Below are positions 1 to 9,294 of a stretch of DNA of 64,000 nt, piece after piece; the stretch's first letter is position 1, and every line of letters begins with the position of its first letter. Origin of the DNA: Candidatus Cloacimonadales bacterium (GTDB lineage: Bacteria > Cloacimonadota > Cloacimonadia > Cloacimonadales > JAFGVF01). Made by a program: the position numbers and the translations under genes. The DNA lies in NCBI GenBank assembly GCA_963667035.1, contig OY762964.1:2976001-3040000 (forward strand). Direction: 5' to 3'. The notes beneath the pieces were generated by a model, which searched no databases, was not told the origin of the DNA, and saw nothing but the letters and a program-made list of their open reading frames with translations.

Positions 1-1
1 C

Positions 2-1195
2 GTCTTTATATCTAATGGAAACCCTAGTTATTCAGACATTATAAGGGATGGTAATGAGAAAGTTGTCAGAGCCAGACTCGAGGATGCAGGATTCTATTAT
101 CAGGAAGATACTAAGTATTCACTTGCTGATTTTGTACCTAGGCTGGAAGAGGTTACTTTCCAAGCAAGTCTTGGAACAGTTAAAGAGAAGAGTGACAGGG
201 TTATTGATATAGTAAGATATATGTGTGAAGAGCTGGATTTACCTGCCGAAACAAAGTTAAAAGCAGAACGCTGTGCTCTATTAGCAAAGGCTGACCTTGT
301 AACTATGATGTTAGGAGAAAAAGAATTCACTAAGCTTCAGGGATACATTGGTATGAAATACGCTTTAGCTACCGGAGAAGATAAAGATGTAGCACTTGGC
401 ATTTATGAGCATTATATGCCTAGAGGACAAAATGACTCTCTTCCAAGTTCTGAACTGGGTGCTCTTGTTGCTGTTGCTGATAAATTAGATACTGTTTGTG
501 GAATAATTGGGGTGGATGTCATCCCTACCGGTTCGAATGACCCTTTTGCTTTAAGAAGAGCTGCTAATGGTGTCGTACAGATTATCGAGGACTATCAGTG
601 GAATTTGGATTTATCAAAATTGGTTAGCAAGGCTTTTCAAAATGTTGAAAGCAAGCTTCCAAAACCAAATAACAACAAGGATTTTGTTCTAAACTTCTTT
701 AATCAAAGAACAAGCTGGTTACTTCAACAGTATAAAGTTGATTATGACATTATAGATAGTGTGCTTCACATAGAAGGCTCAAGTATTGCTTCATTGAAAC
801 AGCGTGCCATGGATTTGCAATCGTTTAAGACAAATCCAGAATTTGTTACTCTAGTTCTAGGTTTTAAAAGAGTATCAAATATTATTGCGAAAGTGGATAG
901 TATTTGTGATTTCTCTGAAAGCCTATTGGTCGATGAGGCAGAGAAAGCTCTCTATAATGAATATATTAAGCTTTCTGATAACGTTAGAGTAAACTTAGTG
1001 AAGGGTGCTTATCGAAAGATAATGGACTCTTTAGTTGATTTCGGGACTTGTATTGATCGCTTCTTTGATGAAGTTCTTGTTAATACCGATAATGAAGAAA
1101 TCAGAAACAACAGATACTCGCTCTTATCCAAGATAAGAGAACTATTTTTGAATGTCTCTGATCTTAATAAAATAGTTGTCGAAGGAAATGAATAA
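2..1195 (+). CDS. glyS: Glycine--tRNA ligase beta subunit (5'-truncated by window edge)
   Basis: Frame reads open from base 2: GNEKVVRARLEDAGFYYQED, then KADLVT..EFTKLQG.IG.KYA, PTGSNDPFALRRAA and C-terminal DALR-like FFDEVLVN...R.NR motifs. Confidence 0.95.
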   Translation, partial: VFISNGNPSYSDIIRDGNEKVVRARLEDAGFYYQEDTKYSLADFVPRLEEVTFQASLGTVKEKSDRVIDIVRYMCEELDLPAETKLKAERCALLAKADLVTMMLGEKEFTKLQGYIGMKYALATGEDKDVALGIYEHYMPRGQNDSLPSSELGALVAVADKLDTVCGIIGVDVIPTGSNDPFALRRAANGVVQIIEDYQWNLDLSKLVSKAFQNVESKLPKPNNNKDFVLNFFNQRTSWLLQQYKVDYDIIDSVLHIEGSSIASLKQRAMDLQSFKTNPEFVTLVLGFKRVSNIIAKVDSICDFSESLLVDEAEKALYNEYIKLSDNVRVNLVKGAYRKIMDSLVDFGTCIDRFFDEVLVNTDNEEIRNNRYSLLSKIRELFLNVSDLNKIVVEGNE

Positions 1196-1206
1196 TCGGA
1201 GTAAAT

Positions 1207-1959
1207 ATGCACTGTAAGCATTGTAATAATAAACTCGAACCAACTCAAATCTGGTGCAATGAATGTGGACATCAATCTGAGTTACTTAAAAAAGACCTCT
1301 CATTTATAACAGTTTTAAAAGAGAGCTGGAGTAAATATAAAGGGAATATTAATCATAATTTGGCAATTGGTTTCATTCTTACTTTTTTAGCGATTATACC
1401 AATTATCATAGTTTCAATATTACATAACACCCTAGAGTTTAGTCATAAAAGTTTTGCTAATTACCTTATATACAATCTACTTTTTATAATCATCACTCCA
1501 CTGGCTTTTATCCCATTCAAAGTTTTCTCTGATTCGAGTGATGGCAAAGCAAGTATAAAGGATTTCTTTTCTAACTTCAAGTTTTATCCTCAGATGTTTC
1601 TTTTTGCCTTTGCCAACTTCTTAGCATTCTTTATTATCAAGTATGTTTGTATTGGTGACCCTATACTGAAGCTCGTGAGGATTGTGCTTGTTCTCTATTG
1701 GCCATCAATTGTACTCCCTGTGCCTTTTCTAATCAGTGAATATAAAATGAATCCTTTTAAAGCAATTCATTTATGCTATAAGAAACTTGGAGATGTTAGA
1801 TGGAAGCTTTTCTTTATATGGGTATTCCTATTACTTCTAAACATGCTTGGAGCAATACCATTCGGAATCGGTTTGTTGGTTACCTTGCCATTTAGTTATG
1901 TCTTAGTTAACAACTATGTTAGAAAGCTGATAGAGTTTAATATTATCGAAGTAAAGTAA
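1207..1959 (+). CDS. Zinc-ribbon (CxxC..CxxC) multi-pass membrane protein
   Basis: N-terminal CKHC...CNECG followed by several hydrophobic helices; 11 bp after the glyS stop. Confidence 0.7.
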   Translation: MHCKHCNNKLEPTQIWCNECGHQSELLKKDLSFITVLKESWSKYKGNINHNLAIGFILTFLAIIPIIIVSILHNTLEFSHKSFANYLIYNLLFIIITPLAFIPFKVFSDSSDGKASIKDFFSNFKFYPQMFLFAFANFLAFFIIKYVCIGDPILKLVRIVLVLYWPSIVLPVPFLISEYKMNPFKAIHLCYKKLGDVRWKLFFIWVFLLLLNMLGAIPFGIGLLVTLPFSYVLVNNYVRKLIEFNIIEVK

Positions 1960-1984
1960 ATATCATTTATCGAATAAACTTTAT

Positions 1985-2013
1985 ATGCGAAGGCAATTGC
2001 CTTCGCATTTTTT
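1985..2013 (+). terminator. Intrinsic terminator of the glyS operon
   Basis: Perfect inverted repeat ATGCGAAGGC-AATT-GCCTTCGCAT followed by a T-run. Confidence 0.85.
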
Positions 2014-2047
2014 ATTAATAGAACAGTCAAATCAAATAGGTGTAACA

Positions 2048-2069
2048 ATTGTATACATATGTATACAAT
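2048..2069. promoter_or_regulatory. Perfect 22-bp palindrome; candidate transcription-factor/enhancer site
   Basis: ATTGTATACATATGTATACAAT is its own reverse complement; another GTATACAA half-site lies at 2081-2088. Confidence 0.5.
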
Positions 2070-2345
2070 CTGTAAAGAACGTATACAAAATAGAATATTC
2101 TAATCGTGATGTATATCACTATACAGCTTTAAAGTTAACTAAATCATAGTGTTATGGTGGTATGTAAAGTTGCAGTAACTGATGTTGCATAGTGTTATTA
2201 CCTAGATAACTGACACCAAAATTAACGAATCAGGTAAAAATCCATTTTCCAGAGTATATTCATAAAAAAAATATGAATTTATATCTGCATGATATTCAAT
2301 GATATATAGTGCTATGGAAAATATTTGTTACAAAATTATTCCTTT

Positions 2346-2361
2346 TGGAACGGCTGTTGCT
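2346..2361 (+). promoter_or_regulatory. Sigma-54 (-24/-12) promoter
   Basis: TGGAAC-GGCTG-TTGCT fits TGGCAC-N5-TTGCW with exact GG-N10-GC spacing. Confidence 0.7.
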
Positions 2362-2371
2362 TTATTATAGT

Positions 2372-2496
2372 TTGATTGCAGTTTGCAAGATAATTAAGGT
2401 AGTTTCCTACCTCCTTCTATCTTAATTATCATCCCCTTCAATAACGGATACCTCCTTGAAGTCCCAGCCCCCCCTGACTGGGACTTTCCTTTTTTT
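2372..2496 (+). ncRNA. Candidate sigma-54-dependent small RNA (or terminated leader) with anti-SD CU-rich motifs
   Basis: Lies between the -24/-12 promoter and a strong terminator; stem GATAATTAAG/CTTAATTATC (2389-2398/2421-2430); TACCTCCTT twice (2408, 2449); no ORF in the track. Confidence 0.55.
2459..2496 (+). terminator. Intrinsic terminator with C-rich loop
   Basis: AAGTCCCAG-CCCCCCCTGA-CTGGGACTT followed by TCCTTTTTTT. Confidence 0.8.
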
Positions 2497-2541
2497 CTTT
2501 ACAGCATTTGAAACTTCCATATTTGTATTCTCAGGAGTGAT

Positions 2542-3861
2542 ATGAAAAAACGTAATTACTTATTAATGGCTACTGATTTGATAATTCCTGTTTTGCTTCT
2601 CATCATCATAACTATTCTATTTAGAAGTAAAAATTGGGATATACTGATTCAATACAAGTTCTGGTCGAACACGAGTGGATGGTATCTTAAAGATACTTTC
2701 CCATGGAGACAACTCTATCTTTACGGGAACATCCCTGCTTTATTAATTTCGTTAACGGCTTTGATTGTGTATTGCTTGAGTTTCTTTAAGCATGGATTGG
2801 TTAAATATCATAAACTTTCCGCATATTTGATAGCTGTTATGATACTTGGTCCCGGTATAATTATCAACAGTGTACTCAAACAGAATTGGGGACGTCCGAG
2901 ACCTCGTGATGTTGTTGAGTTCGGTGGTTATTACCAGTTTGAGCAAATTTGTGATTATGATAGGTCAAGTGGTGGAAATTCATTTCCTTGTGGTCACGCC
3001 TCAATGGGATTCTTCTTCTTTGCACCAGCAATACTACTTAGAAGGAGTAAACTTAAGTTTTATGCTCTACTCCTATTTAGTTGGGTTTTTGGTCTTTCTA
3101 TAGGGCTAGCGAGAATTATACAAGGCGGGCATTTTGCTAGTGATGTAATATGGTCTGCTATGATTGTTTATTGGGTATCATATCTATTGTATTATGTTTT
3201 TGCATTAGATAAGAGTCTTTATTCTACTAAAGTAGTTTTTGAGAGGCTCAGGAATTCAAAGACTGTTGTTGCGTTAGCAATTACTTCAGCAATTCTGTTG
3301 ATTGGCTTAGTTTTTACTGCGTCTCCATATAATAGAACAAAGCGTTATGACAAATTTAACAACTTTAATCCTGCTGTTAAATCTATTTTCAATGTTAAGA
3401 TATTGGATGCTAATGTTCAGGTGAACTTCGACGACAATTTTGAGTATCTAATGAGTGTACAAGGATTTGGTTTTCCAGGCAGTAAACTTATGAATAAGTT
3501 CTCATCTTCTGTCTCCGATTCGATTCAAGTGTTTGATTGGAATCAGACTAAAAAGGGATTCTTCTCTGAGTTTAGTCAGCAAGGGGAACTTGAATTTCCT
3601 ACGGTCATGTCAGGTACTATAAATATAGAAATCACAGAAGGAGATTTATTGCTGAATTTAAAGGATTATGATTTAAAATCATTAGATCTTAATATTACTC
3701 TAGATAAAGGCAATTTGTTTATCTTTGATAAAGATGGTACTGGTTTTTATTATGAAATCAATGCTGTTAATGAAGATAAAGTATATTCCGGTGGTGGTAA
3801 CCATTCTATACGAGTTAAGGCAAAAGTAGCAAGTCAAGATAACTTTAAGTTAGACAAATGA
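2542..3861 (+). CDS. PAP2-family membrane phosphatase with C-terminal soluble extension
   Basis: PAP2 motifs K.NWGRPRP, SFPCGHA, RIIQGGHFASD; multiple transmembrane helices. Confidence 0.85.
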   Translation: MKKRNYLLMATDLIIPVLLLIIITILFRSKNWDILIQYKFWSNTSGWYLKDTFPWRQLYLYGNIPALLISLTALIVYCLSFFKHGLVKYHKLSAYLIAVMILGPGIIINSVLKQNWGRPRPRDVVEFGGYYQFEQICDYDRSSGGNSFPCGHASMGFFFFAPAILLRRSKLKFYALLLFSWVFGLSIGLARIIQGGHFASDVIWSAMIVYWVSYLLYYVFALDKSLYSTKVVFERLRNSKTVVALAITSAILLIGLVFTASPYNRTKRYDKFNNFNPAVKSIFNVKILDANVQVNFDDNFEYLMSVQGFGFPGSKLMNKFSSSVSDSIQVFDWNQTKKGFFSEFSQQGELEFPTVMSGTINIEITEGDLLLNLKDYDLKSLDLNITLDKGNLFIFDKDGTGFYYEINAVNEDKVYSGGGNHSIRVKAKVASQDNFKLDK

Positions 3862-4014
3862 TAGCATTGTATTTAACAATTAAAATATACAATGGTATTG
3901 GTTAGTTTTAGTTAAAAATAAATTGTGCTGTGTTACTGTAACCTAATTCTATTCATGGGAATCAAATACATGAACATTAAGTTCACAATAACACAGAGAT
4001 GAATAGAGTTGTAA

Positions 4015-4176
4015 AAAGGAACTTTACAAAATCGAACAGACTCTCTAGAAATGATTAAACAATTTGCAGGATGGGTTTATCAGATTTGCTTAGAGAATGA
4101 GATGGAAAACCATTTAGGTTATACTTGTAATAGCTTTGAGCCCATAGAAACAGAAAACAGCATTATGTTGTATTGA
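4015..4176 (+). pseudogene. IS256-family transposase N-terminal remnant
   Basis: 4051-4176 translates MIKQFAGWVYQICLENEMENHLGY..., matching the IS256 'LEaEm.eHLGY' motif; the rest of the gene is absent. Confidence 0.6.
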
Positions 4177-4559
4177 AGTATTGATTAAAACTATGAGATA
4201 AACATAGAAAAGTTAAATTGCTTTATATGATGAATTGTTTTCATTAGCTTACTAAGAAGTACATGCCATATCAATTTTTGTAATAATTTCCAATACAATA
4301 ACATTTTACGTATAACTACTCATTAACAGATATAATTTGCTTTTGTCTAATTTCCAATATCGCAAATTTAAATGTAACTAACTCATTGATGATAATATTT
4401 TTGTTGACATATAGTTAAGACACAACTAATTTCGTAAGGTTATATATGGTATAATTACATTGTATTTTATATATAAGAGGCTCTTGCCTCTAATCCGTTA
4501 TGAAGGGTACCTGTAATGGGGTACACATTTTGGAGGAAATTAAAAAGGAGAAGCAAAGT

Positions 4560-7500
4560 ATGAAAAAAACACTATTGTTTTTGTTCATATCATTGTTGGC
4601 AATCAGTTCTATTCTTGCTGTAGGTGGAGACACACCGGCAACTGCCGAGAATATTTCTGTCTTGCCTTACAATGATTCAGGAAACACATCATCAGGTTAT
4701 ACCAACTACATTGGAAATACATCTGCTGATGCTTGGTATCTTATTAACTCTGTAATAGAGTTAACAAATGTAACCTTTGACCTGACAGGATCATCATTTG
4801 ATACATTTATGAGAGTATATGACAGTACTGAAACTCAGTTATGGTCTGATGACGACGGAGGTTCGGGAAACACATCAAAAATATCAGGTAAAACTTTATC
4901 AGCTAATACAGATTATTATATTTGTGTAGAAGGCTACAGCGGTAATACAGGGGCATATATTCTCAATGTTTCAGCTAATGAAACCGGTAATATTAATGAT
5001 GCCTCGGCTCCAACGTCAATAAGTAATGTCAGCCCTATAGCCGGCACTACTGAAATAGCCTTACAACCTACATTAACTTGGGATTTCGGTGATAATACTG
5101 AAACTTATGATCTGTATCTCGACACTGATAATCCACCTCAGACTTTAGTAGTCAACAATGCTGAAGCCGGAGTTTCAGGTTCATTCACGCCAGAGATAGA
5201 CCTGGTTGAATACACAACTTATTATTGGATGGTTGTATCTAAAAGTTCTACCAGTTCAGAATTACAAAACATTGTTAACAGTTTCACTACTGTTGATTTA
5301 GTCGCAGGAGAGGTAACTAATCCAAATCCAGGAGATAATGGCTTGAATATAGATATAAATCCAACCATAACTTGGGATTTTGCAGCAAATACAGAGACTT
5401 ATGATCTATATTTTGATACAGTAAATCCTCCTGTTAATCAGGTTGTTACTGATGGTATAGCCACAACTGGCTCTTATACTCCATCAGAATTAGCGTTGGA
5501 TACTGAGTATTATTGGACTGTTATTTCTAAAAACTCAGTTTCATTTAGAACAACTGAAAACACTTTTAGTTTCCGAACTAAATTAGCAGATAATATTGTT
5601 CCGATTGGATATGGAACAGTTGTTGACAGAGGACTCCCGGTTGATCCTTATTTTGGGTATACATATTCACAAAGTATCTATTTACAAAGTGAAATAGATT
5701 TCGCAAACCAGAGAATACAAAAGATATGGTATCATTATAATGGTTCTAGTGATCTTGAACACACCAGTGAGTGGGTAATCTATATGGGTCACACAAGCTT
5801 GACTGAGTTTGCTACCAATACTGATTGGATATCAATTGATAACTTATTGCAAGTTGCTTCTGTAACTTTAGATCCATATCCTACTGAAGAGGGCTGGATT
5901 GAGTTTGTATTAGATACACCGTTTGTTTATAACAATGTTGATAACTTAGTTATTGCAGTTGAAGATAATCAATCCGGTTATGAAACAAGTAGTGATGAGT
6001 TTTATTGTTCTTCAGTTACAGGAAGTCGCTCAATAATGTATAGGAATGATAACACAAATCCTGATCCTGTAGCTCCTCCGGTAGCTGCCGGGATATATAA
6101 TTATATTCCTAATATAAGAATGGAGTTCGGAGATATACCTGAAGCACCCCAGTTTAGCATAAATCCGGAATCTAAAGATTTCGGTACAGTATTATTTGAT
6201 GTAACAGATTCACAACTCTTTACTATAAATAATACCGGCGGAACTGATTTGATTATAGATACTCCTATAGCAATGGAGACAGAAAGTGACTTTACTATGG
6301 TCGATAGTAATACTTATCCGTTATCAATTGCTCCTGGAGCTGCAGCAACATTCACTGTAGAATTTACTCCTACTGTTGCAGGTCCGGCTACAGACAATAT
6401 TGTTATAATTGATAATACCACAAGAGCTAGTCGTTTAATACCTGTATCAGGAGAAGGTGTAGACCCGATCGTTAGAAACTTCCCTCATACACAGTCTTTT
6501 GACGAGCCTACATTACCGGCCGGCTGGGTAATTGATCCGGTAGTTGCAGGAGATAGTTGGGAAATTGGTAACGATGAACTAGGTGGACACGGAGCTACTG
6601 CAGAAGCAACCGGAAACGGTGGATACATGATGGTCATTGATGATTCAACACCTGAAACAGTACCTTCTCATCTTTACTCACCACAATTTGATTTAACAGG
6701 TTTAACAAATCCTATTCTTGAGTTCAAATATTGGATTGGTGATAATTCTAACACTTCTGAGCTTCATATTGATATAATAACATCAGAAGAGACTTTCACA
6801 TCTGTTACCGTGTTAAGCGATAGTAATGGTGCTTCTGATTGGGCAACTTGTATTGTAAATCTTCAAGCCTATACAGGACAACTAGTGAGTATAGACTTCA
6901 GAGGAATGGAAGGTTCCGGTTATGAAGGAGATATATCTATTGATGATATTTATATCTTCAATAACACAAATCCTCCTGCAGTTACTACTCTTGTTTCTCC
7001 TCTGAATGAAGCTACTGATTTAGCTTTATCCGGCAACTTGGAATGGAATCCGGTAAACTATGCAAATGGTTATTTAGTTAACTTTGGAACAGATAACCCA
7101 CCAACGAATGTTTTGGATTCATTTGACAATGCGAGTAGTGTTGCCTATGAGTATAGCGGATTATCTACAGGAACCGTCTATTACTGGCAAATTATTCCGT
7201 ATAATGGCAATGGTAATGCTAATGATTGTCCTGTCTGGAGCTTTACAACAACCTCTTCTGCACCAGACCCTGCTACCAATCCATCCCCAAGTGACGGAGC
7301 TACAAATCGTACCCAATCAGGAACTTTCAGCTGGAATGCAAGTTTACTTGCCGAAGGATATTATTTCTGTCTAGGTACAGATAATCCACCAACAAATATG
7401 GAAAACATGCATGATAACGGAACTAACCTAGACTACACTTATGTAGATTTTAGTTATGGTACAACTTATTATTGGCAAGTTATCCCTTATAATGCTGCAG

Positions 7501-9164
7501 GCAACGCTGTTGATTGTCCTGTATGGTCTATGACCATAATGGAAGACCCAAGAATCTATCCTTCATATTTACAGACATTTAACCAGAGTAGTTCATTACC
7601 AAACAAATGGACCTCAAATATGGGTGTAAGAGCTTCTTGGGGATTAACTAATTCTAATGTTCTTTATAAGAATCTATATAGTTCTGTTTCAAGTTGTTAT
7701 GCCGAGCTAAATAATGTTACTAGCATAGATCCGAATGACTATGTTTCATTCTATTATAGACTAGTAGATTATAGTGGTGCACCTAATAATCCTACTACTT
7801 TAGGAGAAGGTGACTCTGTAGTTCTTAGTGCTTCAATCAATGATGGAGAAGAGTATACTCCTCTCTATACAATCAATCAAAACAATCATACTCCAACTAC
7901 AGCTTGGAGAAAGATTACATTGCCAATAGATACATTTGTTGGGAATGATGTTAAATTCAGATTTGATTGTACTTGGAATAACGGAGATTACTATATCATG
8001 ATTGATAATTTCTTTGTTGGACCAATTGAAGCAAATATTATAATTTCAGAAGTCAATGCAGGTACTGTTCAATATGTTGAACTTTATAATGCAGGAACTA
8101 TTTCTGCTAGTATTGAAGGTTGGCATTTAGATCAGTTTAATCCTGCTATTTCTACAATATTCAGTTATGAGCTTGAAACTAACCTCCCTGAGAATATGAT
8201 GCTTTATTCAGGTAAATATGTTACTATCATAGGTGGAACATATGAGCAATTCATTGCAGAATATCCGGGATTCAACGGTTACTACATTGCTGATGGTGAT
8301 GCTTCTGTAGGAGTTCCACAGATTTCAAACAATAGTTGGTTCAGACTTGATGATGGTACTGCTAAAACAACTATAGACCAATTCGGTTCTGAAACAGCCG
8401 GAGCATCTGTTGGTACTATCTATGAAAGAAATGATGCAGAATCTTCAGGAGACGATATTGCTAATGACTGGACTCCGGTTATAGCTCCAACTCCAGGCAT
8501 TCCAAACGAGAACGACCTTACTAATGATAATGCCCTTCCTATTCAATTGACCAGCTTTGTTGCTGAGAATATGACAACATCTGATGAAGGTTCTTTCGTT
8601 CAATTAGAATGGGTTGTTGAATCTGAAAGTAATATATCCGGTTACAACATATATCGTAATAATATATCTTCAGAAGATTCATACTACCAGATTAATTCAG
8701 GAATTATAGTTGCAAACAATCTGTTCTCTCAGAATCAGTATATCTATAAGGATACAGAAGTTGAAGTTTCAAACACATTCTACTATTGGCTTGAAAGCGT
8801 TTCAATAGACGGTATAAGTCAATTCTTTGGTCCCGTTGAGATTACTATAGAAGAGAATGATACTCCGGATACACCTGAAGTCCCATTTGTAACTTCAATG
8901 AATTCTGTTTACCCTAACCCATTTAATCCAACAACCCAAGTTTCATTTAGTTTGAAGAGTGAAGAAAACGTAACAATTAGTGTTTATAACATTAAGGGTG
9001 AATTAATTTCTGTTCTCTATAACGGAATGAAACCTCAGGGTAAAAATGTTGTTTCTTGGGATGGTATTAATAGACATGGTAAAGCTTGCGGAAGTGGTAT
9101 TTATTTCTTTAGAATGAAAACTAAAGGATATACTGCAGTTAAGAAAGCTACTTTACTGAAATAG
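4560..9164 (+). CDS. Large secreted multidomain protein (PPC-like, Fn3/Ig repeats, ASH/choice-of-anchor D, MAM-like, lamin-tail, T9SS/FlgD-type C-terminal domain)
   Basis: Start revised to ATG 4560 (AAGGAG RBS, signal peptide MKKTLLFLF); repeated YDLY.DT.NPP / GTDNPP..YYW modules; IISEV..YVELYN lamin-tail motif; C-terminal YPNPFNPTT...SGIYF...K..LLK. Confidence 0.85.
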   Translation: MKKTLLFLFISLLAISSILAVGGDTPATAENISVLPYNDSGNTSSGYTNYIGNTSADAWYLINSVIELTNVTFDLTGSSFDTFMRVYDSTETQLWSDDDGGSGNTSKISGKTLSANTDYYICVEGYSGNTGAYILNVSANETGNINDASAPTSISNVSPIAGTTEIALQPTLTWDFGDNTETYDLYLDTDNPPQTLVVNNAEAGVSGSFTPEIDLVEYTTYYWMVVSKSSTSSELQNIVNSFTTVDLVAGEVTNPNPGDNGLNIDINPTITWDFAANTETYDLYFDTVNPPVNQVVTDGIATTGSYTPSELALDTEYYWTVISKNSVSFRTTENTFSFRTKLADNIVPIGYGTVVDRGLPVDPYFGYTYSQSIYLQSEIDFANQRIQKIWYHYNGSSDLEHTSEWVIYMGHTSLTEFATNTDWISIDNLLQVASVTLDPYPTEEGWIEFVLDTPFVYNNVDNLVIAVEDNQSGYETSSDEFYCSSVTGSRSIMYRNDNTNPDPVAPPVAAGIYNYIPNIRMEFGDIPEAPQFSINPESKDFGTVLFDVTDSQLFTINNTGGTDLIIDTPIAMETESDFTMVDSNTYPLSIAPGAAATFTVEFTPTVAGPATDNIVIIDNTTRASRLIPVSGEGVDPIVRNFPHTQSFDEPTLPAGWVIDPVVAGDSWEIGNDELGGHGATAEATGNGGYMMVIDDSTPETVPSHLYSPQFDLTGLTNPILEFKYWIGDNSNTSELHIDIITSEETFTSVTVLSDSNGASDWATCIVNLQAYTGQLVSIDFRGMEGSGYEGDISIDDIYIFNNTNPPAVTTLVSPLNEATDLALSGNLEWNPVNYANGYLVNFGTDNPPTNVLDSFDNASSVAYEYSGLSTGTVYYWQIIPYNGNGNANDCPVWSFTTTSSAPDPATNPSPSDGATNRTQSGTFSWNASLLAEGYYFCLGTDNPPTNMENMHDNGTNLDYTYVDFSYGTTYYWQVIPYNAAGNAVDCPVWSMTIMEDPRIYPSYLQTFNQSSSLPNKWTSNMGVRASWGLTNSNVLYKNLYSSVSSCYAELNNVTSIDPNDYVSFYYRLVDYSGAPNNPTTLGEGDSVVLSASINDGEEYTPLYTINQNNHTPTTAWRKITLPIDTFVGNDVKFRFDCTWNNGDYYIMIDNFFVGPIEANIIISEVNAGTVQYVELYNAGTISASIEGWHLDQFNPAISTIFSYELETNLPENMMLYSGKYVTIIGGTYEQFIAEYPGFNGYYIADGDASVGVPQISNNSWFRLDDGTAKTTIDQFGSETAGASVGTIYERNDAESSGDDIANDWTPVIAPTPGIPNENDLTNDNALPIQLTSFVAENMTTSDEGSFVQLEWVVESESNISGYNIYRNNISSEDSYYQINSGIIVANNLFSQNQYIYKDTEVEVSNTFYYWLESVSIDGISQFFGPVEITIEENDTPDTPEVPFVTSMNSVYPNPFNPTTQVSFSLKSEENVTISVYNIKGELISVLYNGMKPQGKNVVSWDGINRHGKACGSGIYFFRMKTKGYTAVKKATLLK

Positions 9165-9188
9165 AATTTGGACTCAGTCCATTTAATC

Positions 9189-9220
9189 AAAGACCCGACT
9201 AAACTCGGGTCTTTTCTTTT
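9189..9220 (+). terminator. Intrinsic terminator
   Basis: AAAGACCCGA-CTAAAC-TCGGGTCTTT followed by T-rich tail. Confidence 0.8.
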
Positions 9221-9226
9221 ACCAAT

Positions 9227-9262
9227 AAAAAAAGAGGAGAATCATTTCTGAACCCTCCTCTT
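9227..9262 (-). terminator. Terminator of the pst/phoU operon
   Basis: AAGAGGAG...CTCCTCTT stem preceded by an A-run (T-run on the minus strand). Confidence 0.6.
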
Positions 9263-9294
9263 ATAGGAACCTGAAGTGTTGTTATTAGTAAGAT

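Noticed and set aside
2392..2457. Minus-strand micro-ORF (TTG AAG GGG ATG ... MKGMIIKIEGGRKLP) behind AAGGAGG, or a CsrA-binding GGA-rich RNA on the minus strand
   Set aside because: Promoter and terminator polarity both point to the plus strand; kept only as a weaker alternative
4476..4540. Small hairpins (GAGG/CCTC, GTACC/GGTAC) in the leader of the 4560 gene as a riboswitch
   Set aside because: No match to riboswitch consensus motifs I can recognise; stems are short
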